Shown here piece by piece: positions 10,009-18,968 of a stretch of 64,000 nucleotides of DNA (position 1 is its first letter; the number at the start of each line of letters is the position of its first letter). A program made the translations under genes and the position numbers. Location of the stretch: positions 928,001 to 992,000 of the forward strand of contig JAYFMW010000006.1 in assembly GCA_042408215.1 (NCBI GenBank), given 5' to 3'. Below the pieces are notes generated by a model that saw only the letters and a program-made list of their open reading frames with translations, had not been told where the DNA came from and did not search any database. The DNA is from Microcoleus sp. (GTDB taxonomy: Bacteria > Cyanobacteriota > Cyanobacteriia > Cyanobacteriales > Microcoleaceae).

Positions 10009-10883
10009 AATCAACCACGAAATATTCTTACTATCCCGGATGTAGTCTGCATACCACAGCTAAAGAGTTTGATATCTCAACTAGAGTGGTAATGCAGGAA
10101 TTAGGAATTGAACTAGAAGACCTCAAAGACTGGTCTTGTTGTGGCGGTTCCATCGCGGCGAGTGTTTCTCACGATGTTGGTATGGCAATGGCGGCGAGAA
10201 ATGTCGCTTTAGCCCAAAAACAAAATCTCGATTTATTAGCATCTTGTTCGGGGTGTTACAACAAGTCAGCAAGGGCGCTGAAGGCATTAAAAGAACCCAC
10301 CGAAAAAGATAGAATTATGGCTATTATGTCGGATATGGGGATCGATGTTTCTGACTATAACATCCGGGTCAGAAATGTGGTGGATGTGTTAGTAAATGAT
10401 GTGGATATTGCCTCGCGAGTAAAAAAGCCATTAACAGGTTTAAAAGTTGCCTGTTATTATGGATGTCTGTTAACTAGACCGGCAGATATCACGGGTTGGG
10501 ATTCGCCGATGTTCCCGACATCAATGGATAGATTATCTGAAATTTGTGGGGCGGAAGTAGTAGATTTTCGATCGAAAACTAAGTGCTGCGGTGGCCCGAT
10601 TCTGGTATCCAAAGAAGAGGTCGCGTTTGACCTTACGAAGAAACTCTTGGATGAGGCCCAATCTCTGGGTGCAGATTGTATTGTTTTGGCTTGTCCGTTG
10701 TGCGACACTAACCTAGAACTGCGCCAGTCGGATATCGAGAAAAAATACAACGTTTCTTACAATTTGCCAATTCTCTATATCACCGAAATCATCGGATTGG
10801 CTTTAGGAATGAAACCGAGTAAATTGGGGATGAACAAGCACATTGTTTCAGCACAACCCGTCCTCAAAAAATTGGGTTTATAA
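10005..10883 (+). CDS. hdrB: Heterodisulfide reductase-like subunit B2 (canonical CCG motifs)
   Basis: YYPGCS, WSCCGG, CSGC, YYGC, KCCGG, CPLC; ATGA overlap with hdrC2. Confidence 0.9.
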   Translation: MKSTTKYSYYPGCSLHTTAKEFDISTRVVMQELGIELEDLKDWSCCGGSIAASVSHDVGMAMAARNVALAQKQNLDLLASCSGCYNKSARALKALKEPTEKDRIMAIMSDMGIDVSDYNIRVRNVVDVLVNDVDIASRVKKPLTGLKVACYYGCLLTRPADITGWDSPMFPTSMDRLSEICGAEVVDFRSKTKCCGGPILVSKEEVAFDLTKKLLDEAQSLGADCIVLACPLCDTNLELRQSDIEKKYNVSYNLPILYITEIIGLALGMKPSKLGMNKHIVSAQPVLKKLGL

Positions 10884-10892
10884 ACCATAAAA

Positions 10893-11188
10893 ATGAAACG
10901 TAAACAGCCAATAAATTTAACGATTTATCTTCGAGCAATTGTGACTTTAGGACTTTTAAGTGCTTGGAGTTTAGTCACATTCACCGGATTTCTGCTGTGG
11001 TTGATTCCCCGGGTCAAAAGGTAGGTCATGGCTTTCTATTTTGGGGATTAACCAGACATGGATGGGGTGATATTCATTTCATCATTAGCTTAGTTGCCTT
11101 CGGTTTGACCGTGATTCATATTATCCTGTATTGGCGAGCTTTAAGCAAATTAGTTCGATATTTAATCACGGTTCATACTTCTCTCTAA
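10893..11188 (+). pseudogene. DUF4405-like membrane protein, frameshifted near 11010
   Basis: ATG 10893 frame gives a TM helix (LVTFTGFLLWLIP) then TAG at 11022; a second frame continues FWGLTRHGWGDIHF...IHIILYW. Confidence 0.65.
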
Positions 11189-11204
11189 CTTCGAGCTTGA
11201 CATT

Positions 11205-11759
11205 ATGAACAACTACAAACTCCAGAGAAACAATCATAGTACAGTTGTGAAGTGGGTTATAGCAGGAATTATAATCATCAGTAATGGCATCGTTTTTTCC
11301 TGCTTTTCCCCTTTAAAAGCACTGTCTCAAACTTCCTTAGACACTAAGACGCAACAGGCAATGATTGACGCGATTAATGATGAGTATCGCTCCAGAGCAT
11401 TGTATGATGCTGTCCTGCAAAAATTTGGGTCTCTCCGCCCTTTTAGCAACATTGTCCAAGCGGAAAATAACCATGTTAATCTTTGGATTTCCTTGTTTGC
11501 TAAGTATGGAATGGCTGTACCGACGGATTCTTTTGCCGGCAAAATGTCGGTTCCTAATACCTTACAAGCGGCCTGTCAAGCTGGGGTTGAAAATGAAATT
11601 GCTAACGTGCAAATGTACGATCGCTTTTTAGGTTTTGTCACCCAGCCAGATTTGCAGGCAGCTTTTACCCAACTGCGCCAAGTCTCTCAGGAAAAGCATT
11701 TAGCCGCCTTCCAGCGCTGTCATAATCGACCTGGTGTCGGTCAAGGTCGCAATTTTTAG
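11205..11759 (+). CDS. Ferritin-like (DUF2202-related) protein with N-terminal signal/TM segment
   Basis: DEYRSRALY, PFSNIVQAENNH, ACQAGVENEIANVQMY and HLAAFQRC. Confidence 0.7.
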   Translation: MNNYKLQRNNHSTVVKWVIAGIIIISNGIVFSCFSPLKALSQTSLDTKTQQAMIDAINDEYRSRALYDAVLQKFGSLRPFSNIVQAENNHVNLWISLFAKYGMAVPTDSFAGKMSVPNTLQAACQAGVENEIANVQMYDRFLGFVTQPDLQAAFTQLRQVSQEKHLAAFQRCHNRPGVGQGRNF

Positions 11760-11850
11760 TGATGACATGATTGTTCAAAACCGACTCAAATTTTAGCTTT
11801 TGATCGAATCGATCGGAAAAAATCTCTGTTCATTTAAACCAGTAATTATC

Positions 11851-12057
11851 ATGTTTAGCAATGTGGGAAGCCCAGATCGAATCGTTCGCTTTTTATTAGC
11901 AGCAATTCTGCTTTACAGGGGTTTGAGTATTTACCAAGGTACTGCCTTGGGAATTGGATTAGATATTGCCTCAGCTTTGCTGGCTTTCAGCGCTTTGTTT
12001 GGCTTTTGTGGCATCTATCGCGTGCTGGGGATTAGCACTTGCAAATCTCCCAACTGA
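11851..12057 (+). CDS. DUF2892 (YgaP-like) small membrane protein
   Basis: NVGSPDRIVR...FGFCGIYRVLGISTC; start taken at ATG 11851. Confidence 0.8.
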   Translation: MFSNVGSPDRIVRFLLAAILLYRGLSIYQGTALGIGLDIASALLAFSALFGFCGIYRVLGISTCKSPN

Positions 12058-12111
12058 CTTGTGTAATTTTCCGTTAAATTCCGACAACTATCAACACTCT
12101 AAAAAACAATA

Positions 12112-12645
12112 ATGGATAATAGTTTTCCTCTCGAAAGTCCTTCCATGTCTCGCCGACAGTTGCTCAATTTTCTAACTGGTACTGTCGTTGCATCTACTGC
12201 CGGTGCCGCACTTTATCCAGTCGTGAAATATTTTATCCCCCCATCAGAAAGCAGCGAAGGGGGAGCGATTATCGCCAAAGATATCTTAGGAAATCCCATT
12301 CCCGCCAGCCAAATTTTAGCCGAACCTGTGGGAACTCGCGCTTTAGTGGCGGGGTTAGCTGGCGAACCTACTTACTTAATTGTTCAAAAAGATAGTATGA
12401 TCGATCCGGTGGGAATTGTTGATAACTGCACCCATTTAGGCTGTACTTTTCCTTGGAATGGAACTGACCAAGAATTTCAATGTCCCTGTCATGGTTCTCG
12501 CTACAGTGCTGACGGTTCTGTATTACGGGGCCCGGCTCCTCTGCCTCTAAAATTAGTTAATGTTGCCGTCAAAGAAAATGCCATTTTGATTTCTCCTTGG
12601 ACAGAAATTGACCCCCGCACCGGCGAAACTCCTTGGTGGGTTTAA
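12112..12645 (+). CDS. petC: Cytochrome b6f Rieske Fe-S subunit, PetC2-type paralogue
   Basis: Tat signal SRRQLL, CTHLGC, CPCHGS, GPAPLPL, DPRTGETPWWV; not next to petA. Confidence 0.9.
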   Translation: MDNSFPLESPSMSRRQLLNFLTGTVVASTAGAALYPVVKYFIPPSESSEGGAIIAKDILGNPIPASQILAEPVGTRALVAGLAGEPTYLIVQKDSMIDPVGIVDNCTHLGCTFPWNGTDQEFQCPCHGSRYSADGSVLRGPAPLPLKLVNVAVKENAILISPWTEIDPRTGETPWWV

Positions 12646-12694
12646 ATCCAGGAATTGAACAACAAATAAAATCATCAACAACCGGAAAAAATAG

Positions 12695-13138
12695 ATGTTT
12701 CAAAGCGTCACTGAATCCCTAGCTATTGGTAATGTTACCTCATCGGAAGAACTGAGCGAAATTTACCAAAAAGGCTACCGGACAATCATCGATTTATGTA
12801 CCGCGGCAGAAGGAAACCAACTCAATGCAGAGGAAGTTAAACAACTAGGGTTTGATTATATCAGCTTACCCGTTGATAGACAAAACCTCAAACCGGAAAT
12901 TCTGCAAGGATTTATGCAGGCTGTTGATTCCCAGAACCAGCCCATTTATACCCGCTGTGCATCAGGTTTGCGAGCGGGAGTAATGACTCTATTAACTTTA
13001 GCAAATCAAGAAAATTGGACGGAACAGCAGTATTTAGAACATCGGCAAGCTTTGGGAATAGAACACAAGCCGAATTGTCCTTTAGAAGCCTTTGCTCATG
13101 AGTATTTTATCAACTCACAAAATCAAGTTAAATCTTAG
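12695..13138 (+). CDS. DUF442/Blh-like sulfurtransferase (phosphatase fold)
   Basis: GYRTIIDL and CASGLRA (CxxGxR) active loop. Confidence 0.7.
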   Translation: MFQSVTESLAIGNVTSSEELSEIYQKGYRTIIDLCTAAEGNQLNAEEVKQLGFDYISLPVDRQNLKPEILQGFMQAVDSQNQPIYTRCASGLRAGVMTLLTLANQENWTEQQYLEHRQALGIEHKPNCPLEAFAHEYFINSQNQVKS

Positions 13139-13149
13139 GAGGATTTGCC

Positions 13150-13656
13150 ATGAAAATCGCTGTAGCTAGTCAAAATAAAACAGCTATCACGGAACACGCC
13201 GGACATTGCCGTAAGTTTTGGATTTACGAAACCAACGCAACAGAAATTCTGGGAAAGCAACTTTTGGAATTATCTCCAGAACAATCTTTTCATAACAGTT
13301 CTGGCGACGAACCCCATCCTTTAGATGATGTGCAGGTTTTGATTTCTGGAGGTATGGGACGCGGTTTGGTGCGACGAATGGAACGAAAAGGAATTGAAGC
13401 CGTTATCACCAAAGAAACCGATTTAGAGAAAGCGGTAAGTGCCTATCTTGATGGTTCTTTAGTTAGGGGAGAACCGGAATGTCACGAACATGAAGGTGAA
13501 CAAAAGCATGAAGGTGAACACAAGCATGAACACAAGCATGAACACAAGCATGAAGGTGAACAAAAGCATGAAGGTGAACACAAGCAGGAAGGTGAACATA
13601 AGCATCAACATCGCCATCAACACGGTCATCAAGGCGAATCTAAGAGTGCCGTGTAA
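13150..13656 (+). CDS. NifB/NifX-family protein with His/Glu/Lys-rich C-terminal tail
   Basis: MKIAVAS...EHAGHCRKF, ISGGMGRG; repetitive HEGEQK/HEHK tail. Confidence 0.8.
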   Translation: MKIAVASQNKTAITEHAGHCRKFWIYETNATEILGKQLLELSPEQSFHNSSGDEPHPLDDVQVLISGGMGRGLVRRMERKGIEAVITKETDLEKAVSAYLDGSLVRGEPECHEHEGEQKHEGEHKHEHKHEHKHEGEQKHEGEHKQEGEHKHQHRHQHGHQGESKSAV

Positions 13657-13735
13657 TTCCCGTTATTACTGCTAGTTGGGTAGGGTGCGTGGCAGCCACG
13701 CACCCTACTATTGATGTTCATCTACTAATACAATT

Positions 13736-14191
13736 ATGTGGGCAAGTTCGATTACAGCTTATTTCCATTACTTAGGCTTCATGGTAGCTTTTGCGGCTCT
13801 CACAGTCGAGATTTTTAACTTCAAAAAAGAAATGACCCTTGATGAAGCTAAAAGAGTTGCTTTTGCCGATGCTGCTTATGGGATAGCTGCTACGGCAATT
13901 CTAATCACAGGGGTGTTGAGAGTTCTCTATTTTGGCAAGGGAACGGATTACTATTTAAATAATCCATTTTTCTATGCTAAAATGGGTGTGTTTATCCTCG
14001 TCAGTTTATTTTCCCTGTATCCAACATTTACCTTTATATCGTGGTTTAAAGACTTACAAAGTGGTCAAACTCCCCGATTAGAAATTGACCAAGTAAACCG
14101 ACTATCTTGGCTGATTAAAGGGGAATTATTCTGTTTTACTTTATTGCCACTGCTCGCAGCAGTTATGGCGAGAATTACCGGGTGGAGTTAA
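13736..14191 (+). CDS. DUF2214 family membrane protein
   Basis: DAAYG...TGVLRV..FGKGTDYYLNNPFFYAK...SLYPT. Confidence 0.8.
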   Translation: MWASSITAYFHYLGFMVAFAALTVEIFNFKKEMTLDEAKRVAFADAAYGIAATAILITGVLRVLYFGKGTDYYLNNPFFYAKMGVFILVSLFSLYPTFTFISWFKDLQSGQTPRLEIDQVNRLSWLIKGELFCFTLLPLLAAVMARITGWS

Positions 14192-14203
14192 GGGAGAAAA
14201 ATT

Positions 14204-15208
14204 ATGCAGCTTTCCAAAAACAATCTACAAGAAAGACAAAACCAAATCTACGATGTCATTGTCATTGGTGGGGGTGCGGGAGGACTTTCGGCTGGTATTT
14301 ACTTGCAACGATATCGCCTTTCTAGCTTAATTATTGATAAAGGCAAAGCGCGGTCTTTTTGGATGCAAGAATTGCACAATTATTTAGGTTTGCCTCCCGA
14401 CACTCCGGGGCGAGTTTTGTTACAACGAGGAAAAGAACATTATGACAGTTTAAATGGTGATTTTCTCAATGGTTTTGTTGAAGAAGTTGTAGACGAGGGA
14501 GAAACCTTTGCTGTCAAGGTTAAAGTCGGTCGTCAAAATAGTAGTGAGGCTGTTTTTCGGTCAAAATACTTAATAGCTGCAAGCGGAATTATCGACCATT
14601 TACCGCCTTTAGATGATCTGCGGAATGTTTTCGAATATGCCGGTTATAACTTGCACGTTTGTATGGTATGCGACGGGTATGAAATGACTGACAAAAAATG
14701 CGGTTTCTTTGCAGGTAGTGAAGCAGCTATTGAGGAAATGGTGTTTAATTTAAGTTGGTTTACGCCCTATATTACTGTCTTTACTCATGGAGTGTTTACT
14801 GTCAGCGAACCCCTGAAAGCTAAACTGCGAGAACATGGTTATCCCCTTGTAGAAACACCGATTAAACAATTTCTAGGTCAAAATCACCAAATGACAGGGG
14901 TTGAGTTAGCAGATGGAGCAATAATAGAGTTAGAAACTGGCTTAATTTCAATGGGTTCTCGCTATCACAATACCTATCTCAAGGGAATTAACTTAGAAGT
15001 CAAAGGTAACAATTTACTTACTGATAAAATGTGCCAAACTTCTCACCCCAGAATTTTTGCGATCGGGGATTTAAAAGTAGGGTTAAATCAAGTTATAATA
15101 GCAGCAGGAGATGGCGCTTTAGCGGCTACGGCAATTTGGCGAGAAATCCGTCGTGCAGCAGGAGCTAAACCTTGGGTTGAAAATCTCCCTGCTGTGACAA
15201 ATGGATAA
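14204..15208 (+). CDS. Thioredoxin-reductase-like FAD oxidoreductase
   Basis: GGGAGG, CMVCDG, TSHPRIFAIGD, QVIIAAGDGALAA. Confidence 0.8.
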   Translation: MQLSKNNLQERQNQIYDVIVIGGGAGGLSAGIYLQRYRLSSLIIDKGKARSFWMQELHNYLGLPPDTPGRVLLQRGKEHYDSLNGDFLNGFVEEVVDEGETFAVKVKVGRQNSSEAVFRSKYLIAASGIIDHLPPLDDLRNVFEYAGYNLHVCMVCDGYEMTDKKCGFFAGSEAAIEEMVFNLSWFTPYITVFTHGVFTVSEPLKAKLREHGYPLVETPIKQFLGQNHQMTGVELADGAIIELETGLISMGSRYHNTYLKGINLEVKGNNLLTDKMCQTSHPRIFAIGDLKVGLNQVIIAAGDGALAATAIWREIRRAAGAKPWVENLPAVTNG

Positions 15209-17537
15209 TATTATGGCTGAAGATATTCGCGATCGCAAAATCACTGAAATCCCCCTTGCGGAAGCTACCAAGCAACTACAAAGAGAAATTAAACAACGGG
15301 AAAAAGCCGAAGCACAACTGAAACAACAAGAGCAAAAGTTATCACTGTTGTTCAATCAAACTGCTTTAGCCGCCATTGAATGGAATGCCAATTTAGAAGT
15401 TATCGCTTGGAATTCCGCCGCCGAAAAGGTGTTCGGTTGGAGTGTCACCGAAATGCTAAGTCTTCAGGCCTCCGATTTAATCTTACCCCAAAAAGTCAAA
15501 CCGCGAGAAATTCCAATTATTAAAGAGCCACTGACATCAATTGGCGGGACGCACAATATTAATGAAAATGTCACAAAAGATGGCAAATTAATTATTTGTG
15601 AGTGGCACAATACGCCGTTAGTCGATGAAGAAGGAAATATTATCGGTATTTTTTCCTTGGTGAATGACATTACGGAACGCTGGAAAATAAGAGAAGCGTT
15701 GCGGGAAAAAGAGGAGTTTTTACGCAGTATCTACGAAGGGGTAGATTATCCTATTTTCGTGATAGATGTAGATGCTCACGGAACTTACCGTTGCGCCGAT
15801 CTGAATCCAGTTGCTAAAAATATTTTTGGCATAAATTTAGATGAAATTCCAGCGGTGTTAAGTCCAGAATTATTTCTAAGAGAACTAGCAAAAGGTGGTC
15901 TGCATTCCTCGGATAAATGCGTTCATCACGGACAGACAATTCAATATGAAAAAGTCTTGAATATAGAGGAAAAAAAGACTTGGTGGTTAACAGTAATAAC
16001 ACCCCTAAAGGATATTGATGGACGCATTTATAGGTTAGTCGGAACTTGTACTAATATTACGCAACGCAAACAATTCGAGTCAGCTTTACAACAGTCGGAA
16101 ACCAGATATAGACAACTGGCACAGCGAGAATCTATGCTCAATTGTATGGCCAGTCAAATTCGCGCTTCCCTTGATTTTAATACTGTTGTAGAAACGGCGG
16201 TACAAGAACTTTATCAAGTGTTGCAGTTGGAAAGATGTGCCTTCAGATTATATTTACCAGAAGCTATTCCCCCAGTAGCTGAAGTGATCGCGGAAGCGAA
16301 AAAAACAGACTTACCTTCCTTAAAAGGGAATCGAGTTCCCACTGCCGAAATTGCCCCGTTAATTGCTAAGATTACACGCAAAGAAGTTACCAGAATCGAA
16401 GATACTCTAACTCTAGAAGATCCCGTAGAAAGACAATTTTTTCTTGAGACTTTAGACTATCGTGCTGTCGTGTTTATACCTGTTCACACTCAGTCAGGTA
16501 AAATGGGTGCAATTAGTTGCAGTCATAGTAGTAAAACCCGATGTTGGAGTGATAGTGAAGTACAACTATTAGAAAGGGTTGCGGATCAACTCGCGATCGC
16601 TTTAACTCAAGCAGAATTATACGAACAAAGTCGAGCGATCGCGGATTCTGAAGCCAATAAAGCCTTAGAATTGCAAGAGGCTTTGCTGAAATTGCAACAC
16701 ACCCAAACTCAACTGATCCAACAGGAAAAAATGTCCAGTTTGGGACAACTGGTAGCGGGAGTCGCCCATGAAATTAATAACCCAGTTAGCTTTATTTACG
16801 GCAATATTACCCCCGCGAAAACTTATATAGAAGATTTGCTTAATCTCGTGGAGCTTTATCAGGAATCCTATCCCAATCCCACCCCTGAGATTCAAACAGA
16901 ATTGGCAGAAATTGATTGGGAGTTTATGCAGAAAGACTTTCCTAGTCTGCTCGATTCTATGAAAACTGGTGCAGAGCGGATTCGACAAATTGTCCAATCC
17001 TTGCGTAACTTTTCCCGACTAGACGAAGCCGAGATCAAACCTGTTGATTTGCATGAAAGTATTGACAGCGTTCTATTAATTCTGGAAAATCGGTTAAAAG
17101 CTAATTTAGAACGTCCGGCTATCCAGGTAGTTAAAGAATATGGCAACCTGCCTTTAGTTGAGTGCTATGCAGTCGAAATCAACCAAGTTTTTATGAATCT
17201 ACTTCTGAATGCCATTGATGCTTTAGAAGAAGTTCCGTTGAAGCAGCCAAGGATTCGGATTGTTACGGAAGTATGGGAAACCGAAGAATTAGCGATTCGC
17301 CTTATTGATAATGGAGTGGGGATTCCAGCAGAGATAAAAAAGCGAATTTTTGACCCATTTTTTACCACAAAAATTGTAGGAAAAGGAACGGGTTTAGGAT
17401 TGTCGGTTGTGTACAAAATTATCGAAAAACATGGAGGAACTATAGAATGTATTTCCGCCGATGAAAAAGTAACGGAGTTTGCGATCAAAATTCCCCAATT
17501 TCTCAAAAAAATCACCCTGAATACACCCATTGACTAA
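15201..17537 (+). CDS. PAS-PAS-GAF sensor histidine kinase
   Basis: Two PAS/PAC domains, GAF, H-box AHEINNP, N/G boxes DNGVG, DPFFTTK, GTGLGL. Confidence 0.92.
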   Translation: MDNIMAEDIRDRKITEIPLAEATKQLQREIKQREKAEAQLKQQEQKLSLLFNQTALAAIEWNANLEVIAWNSAAEKVFGWSVTEMLSLQASDLILPQKVKPREIPIIKEPLTSIGGTHNINENVTKDGKLIICEWHNTPLVDEEGNIIGIFSLVNDITERWKIREALREKEEFLRSIYEGVDYPIFVIDVDAHGTYRCADLNPVAKNIFGINLDEIPAVLSPELFLRELAKGGLHSSDKCVHHGQTIQYEKVLNIEEKKTWWLTVITPLKDIDGRIYRLVGTCTNITQRKQFESALQQSETRYRQLAQRESMLNCMASQIRASLDFNTVVETAVQELYQVLQLERCAFRLYLPEAIPPVAEVIAEAKKTDLPSLKGNRVPTAEIAPLIAKITRKEVTRIEDTLTLEDPVERQFFLETLDYRAVVFIPVHTQSGKMGAISCSHSSKTRCWSDSEVQLLERVADQLAIALTQAELYEQSRAIADSEANKALELQEALLKLQHTQTQLIQQEKMSSLGQLVAGVAHEINNPVSFIYGNITPAKTYIEDLLNLVELYQESYPNPTPEIQTELAEIDWEFMQKDFPSLLDSMKTGAERIRQIVQSLRNFSRLDEAEIKPVDLHESIDSVLLILENRLKANLERPAIQVVKEYGNLPLVECYAVEINQVFMNLLLNAIDALEEVPLKQPRIRIVTEVWETEELAIRLIDNGVGIPAEIKKRIFDPFFTTKIVGKGTGLGLSVVYKIIEKHGGTIECISADEKVTEFAIKIPQFLKKITLNTPID

Positions 17538-17541
17538 TGCT

Positions 17542-18369
17542 ATGAAAACCTCGTTTATCCTCACTGTTTTAGTGGAAAATACCTCTTCCGGTAGAGGATT
17601 ATTGGGAGAACATGGACTATCTTATCTAATAGAAGCCGGTGAGTACCGAATTTTATTCGATACAGGACAAGGATTGGCATTACAACATAATGCTAAAGAG
17701 TTGGGAATTTCTTTACATAATTTAGATGCTGTTGTCCTCAGTCATGGTCATTACGATCGTGCAGGTGGTTTAATCACAGTATTAGATGAATGTCATCTCA
17801 CCAAATTATTCCTGCATCCATCGGCACTGCCACCCAAATTTAGCAATCGAGGTGATATTGGTTCTCCTATCCAAGATAAAGATACTCTGGAAAAGAAATT
17901 TCGCCAGTTAATTTGGACAGATAAACCAACAGAAATTATCCCTGGAGTTTATGTAACTGGTACTATTCCTCGACTTCATCCTTTGGAGGATACGGGGGGT
18001 GATTTTTGGCAAGATTCCCAGCATGATCGAGTTGATTTACTCTTAGATGATCAAGCGTTATTTATTGATTCACCAGAGGGTTTAGTGGTGGTTTTAGGGT
18101 GCGCTCATGCGGGAGTAATTAACACTCTAAATTACATTGCACAAATTACTGGAAAAGACAAGTTTTATGCTATAATTGGGGGAATGCACCTTTTGAATGC
18201 TAGTCGCGATCGCCTGCAAGCAACGGCAGAAACCTTGACCAAATATGACGTGCAAATAATAGGTGCTAACCACTGCACAGGAATGACCGCCATAGCTTTT
18301 TTGTGGCATCAGTTGGCGGGAAAGTGTATCAGTTGCTCCGTTGGTACTCGCTTAAAATTTGGCATTTAA
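17542..18369 (+). CDS. MBL-fold metallohydrolase (COG1237-like)
   Basis: EHGLS, FDTG, SHGHYD(R), DDQAL, GCAHAG, GGMHL and HCTG motifs. Confidence 0.8.
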   Translation: MKTSFILTVLVENTSSGRGLLGEHGLSYLIEAGEYRILFDTGQGLALQHNAKELGISLHNLDAVVLSHGHYDRAGGLITVLDECHLTKLFLHPSALPPKFSNRGDIGSPIQDKDTLEKKFRQLIWTDKPTEIIPGVYVTGTIPRLHPLEDTGGDFWQDSQHDRVDLLLDDQALFIDSPEGLVVVLGCAHAGVINTLNYIAQITGKDKFYAIIGGMHLLNASRDRLQATAETLTKYDVQIIGANHCTGMTAIAFLWHQLAGKCISCSVGTRLKFGI

Positions 18370-18412
18370 AAGCGGTAATTTGACGAGTTTATTTAGTTTT
18401 TAGGACAAAGAT

Positions 18413-18874
18413 ATGCGAAGAATTTTTCTAAAATTATTGCTGGGGATGTTATTATCTATTGGGATTTTGTCGATCGCGCCCATGCCAGTCATAGCCGCAG
18501 GTTCGATGCCCCAAGCGCTATCAGACGCGATCGATAATTTTTTGACTTCTCTTCCAAGCGATTATTACACTGTGATGAAGATCGAGAACCTTAAAGAGAA
18601 GATCAAAACTGATAATCCTCTATTAATTGATGTCAGACAGCCTGCTGAATACGCCTCTGGACACATTCCCAATGCCATTAATATCTCCTTGCAAACCTTA
18701 GCCGAAAATCTCGATAAAATTCCCAAAGATCGCCCTGTAGTTCTCTATTGCACAAGCGGCTATCGAACGGGAATGGGAGTTATGACTTTGGAAATGTTAG
18801 GATATACTAACGTGCAGGCTTTTCCTCCTAGCATTCAAGGTTGGAAAGCGGCGGGTGAACCTTTGGAAAAGTAG
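18413..18874 (+). CDS. Exported rhodanese-domain sulfurtransferase
   Basis: Signal peptide; IDVRQPAEYASGHIPNA, YCTSGYR, GWKAAG. Confidence 0.88.
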   Translation: MRRIFLKLLLGMLLSIGILSIAPMPVIAAGSMPQALSDAIDNFLTSLPSDYYTVMKIENLKEKIKTDNPLLIDVRQPAEYASGHIPNAINISLQTLAENLDKIPKDRPVVLYCTSGYRTGMGVMTLEMLGYTNVQAFPPSIQGWKAAGEPLEK

Positions 18875-18968
18875 GATGTACTCACATCTTGCCAATAGAT
18901 CAACCTAAAAGCCTAGATTTTTCCTTAAGAAACCCGGTCGATCAGGTTAATGAAAAAGAGGAATACTT

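Noticed and set aside
7165..10883. hdrB genes as the cyanobacterial succinate dehydrogenase HdrB-like anchor
   Set aside because: They come with hdrA and two hdrC genes, and no sdhA/sdhB is present
5474..10883. Methanogen-type Hdr or contaminant DNA
   Set aside because: No mvh/mcr context; HIP1 sites and host repeats lie inside, and the operon continues into petC2
13150..13656. Nitrogen fixation cluster
   Set aside because: No nifHDK/ENB genes nearby; the NifX fold is common outside nif clusters
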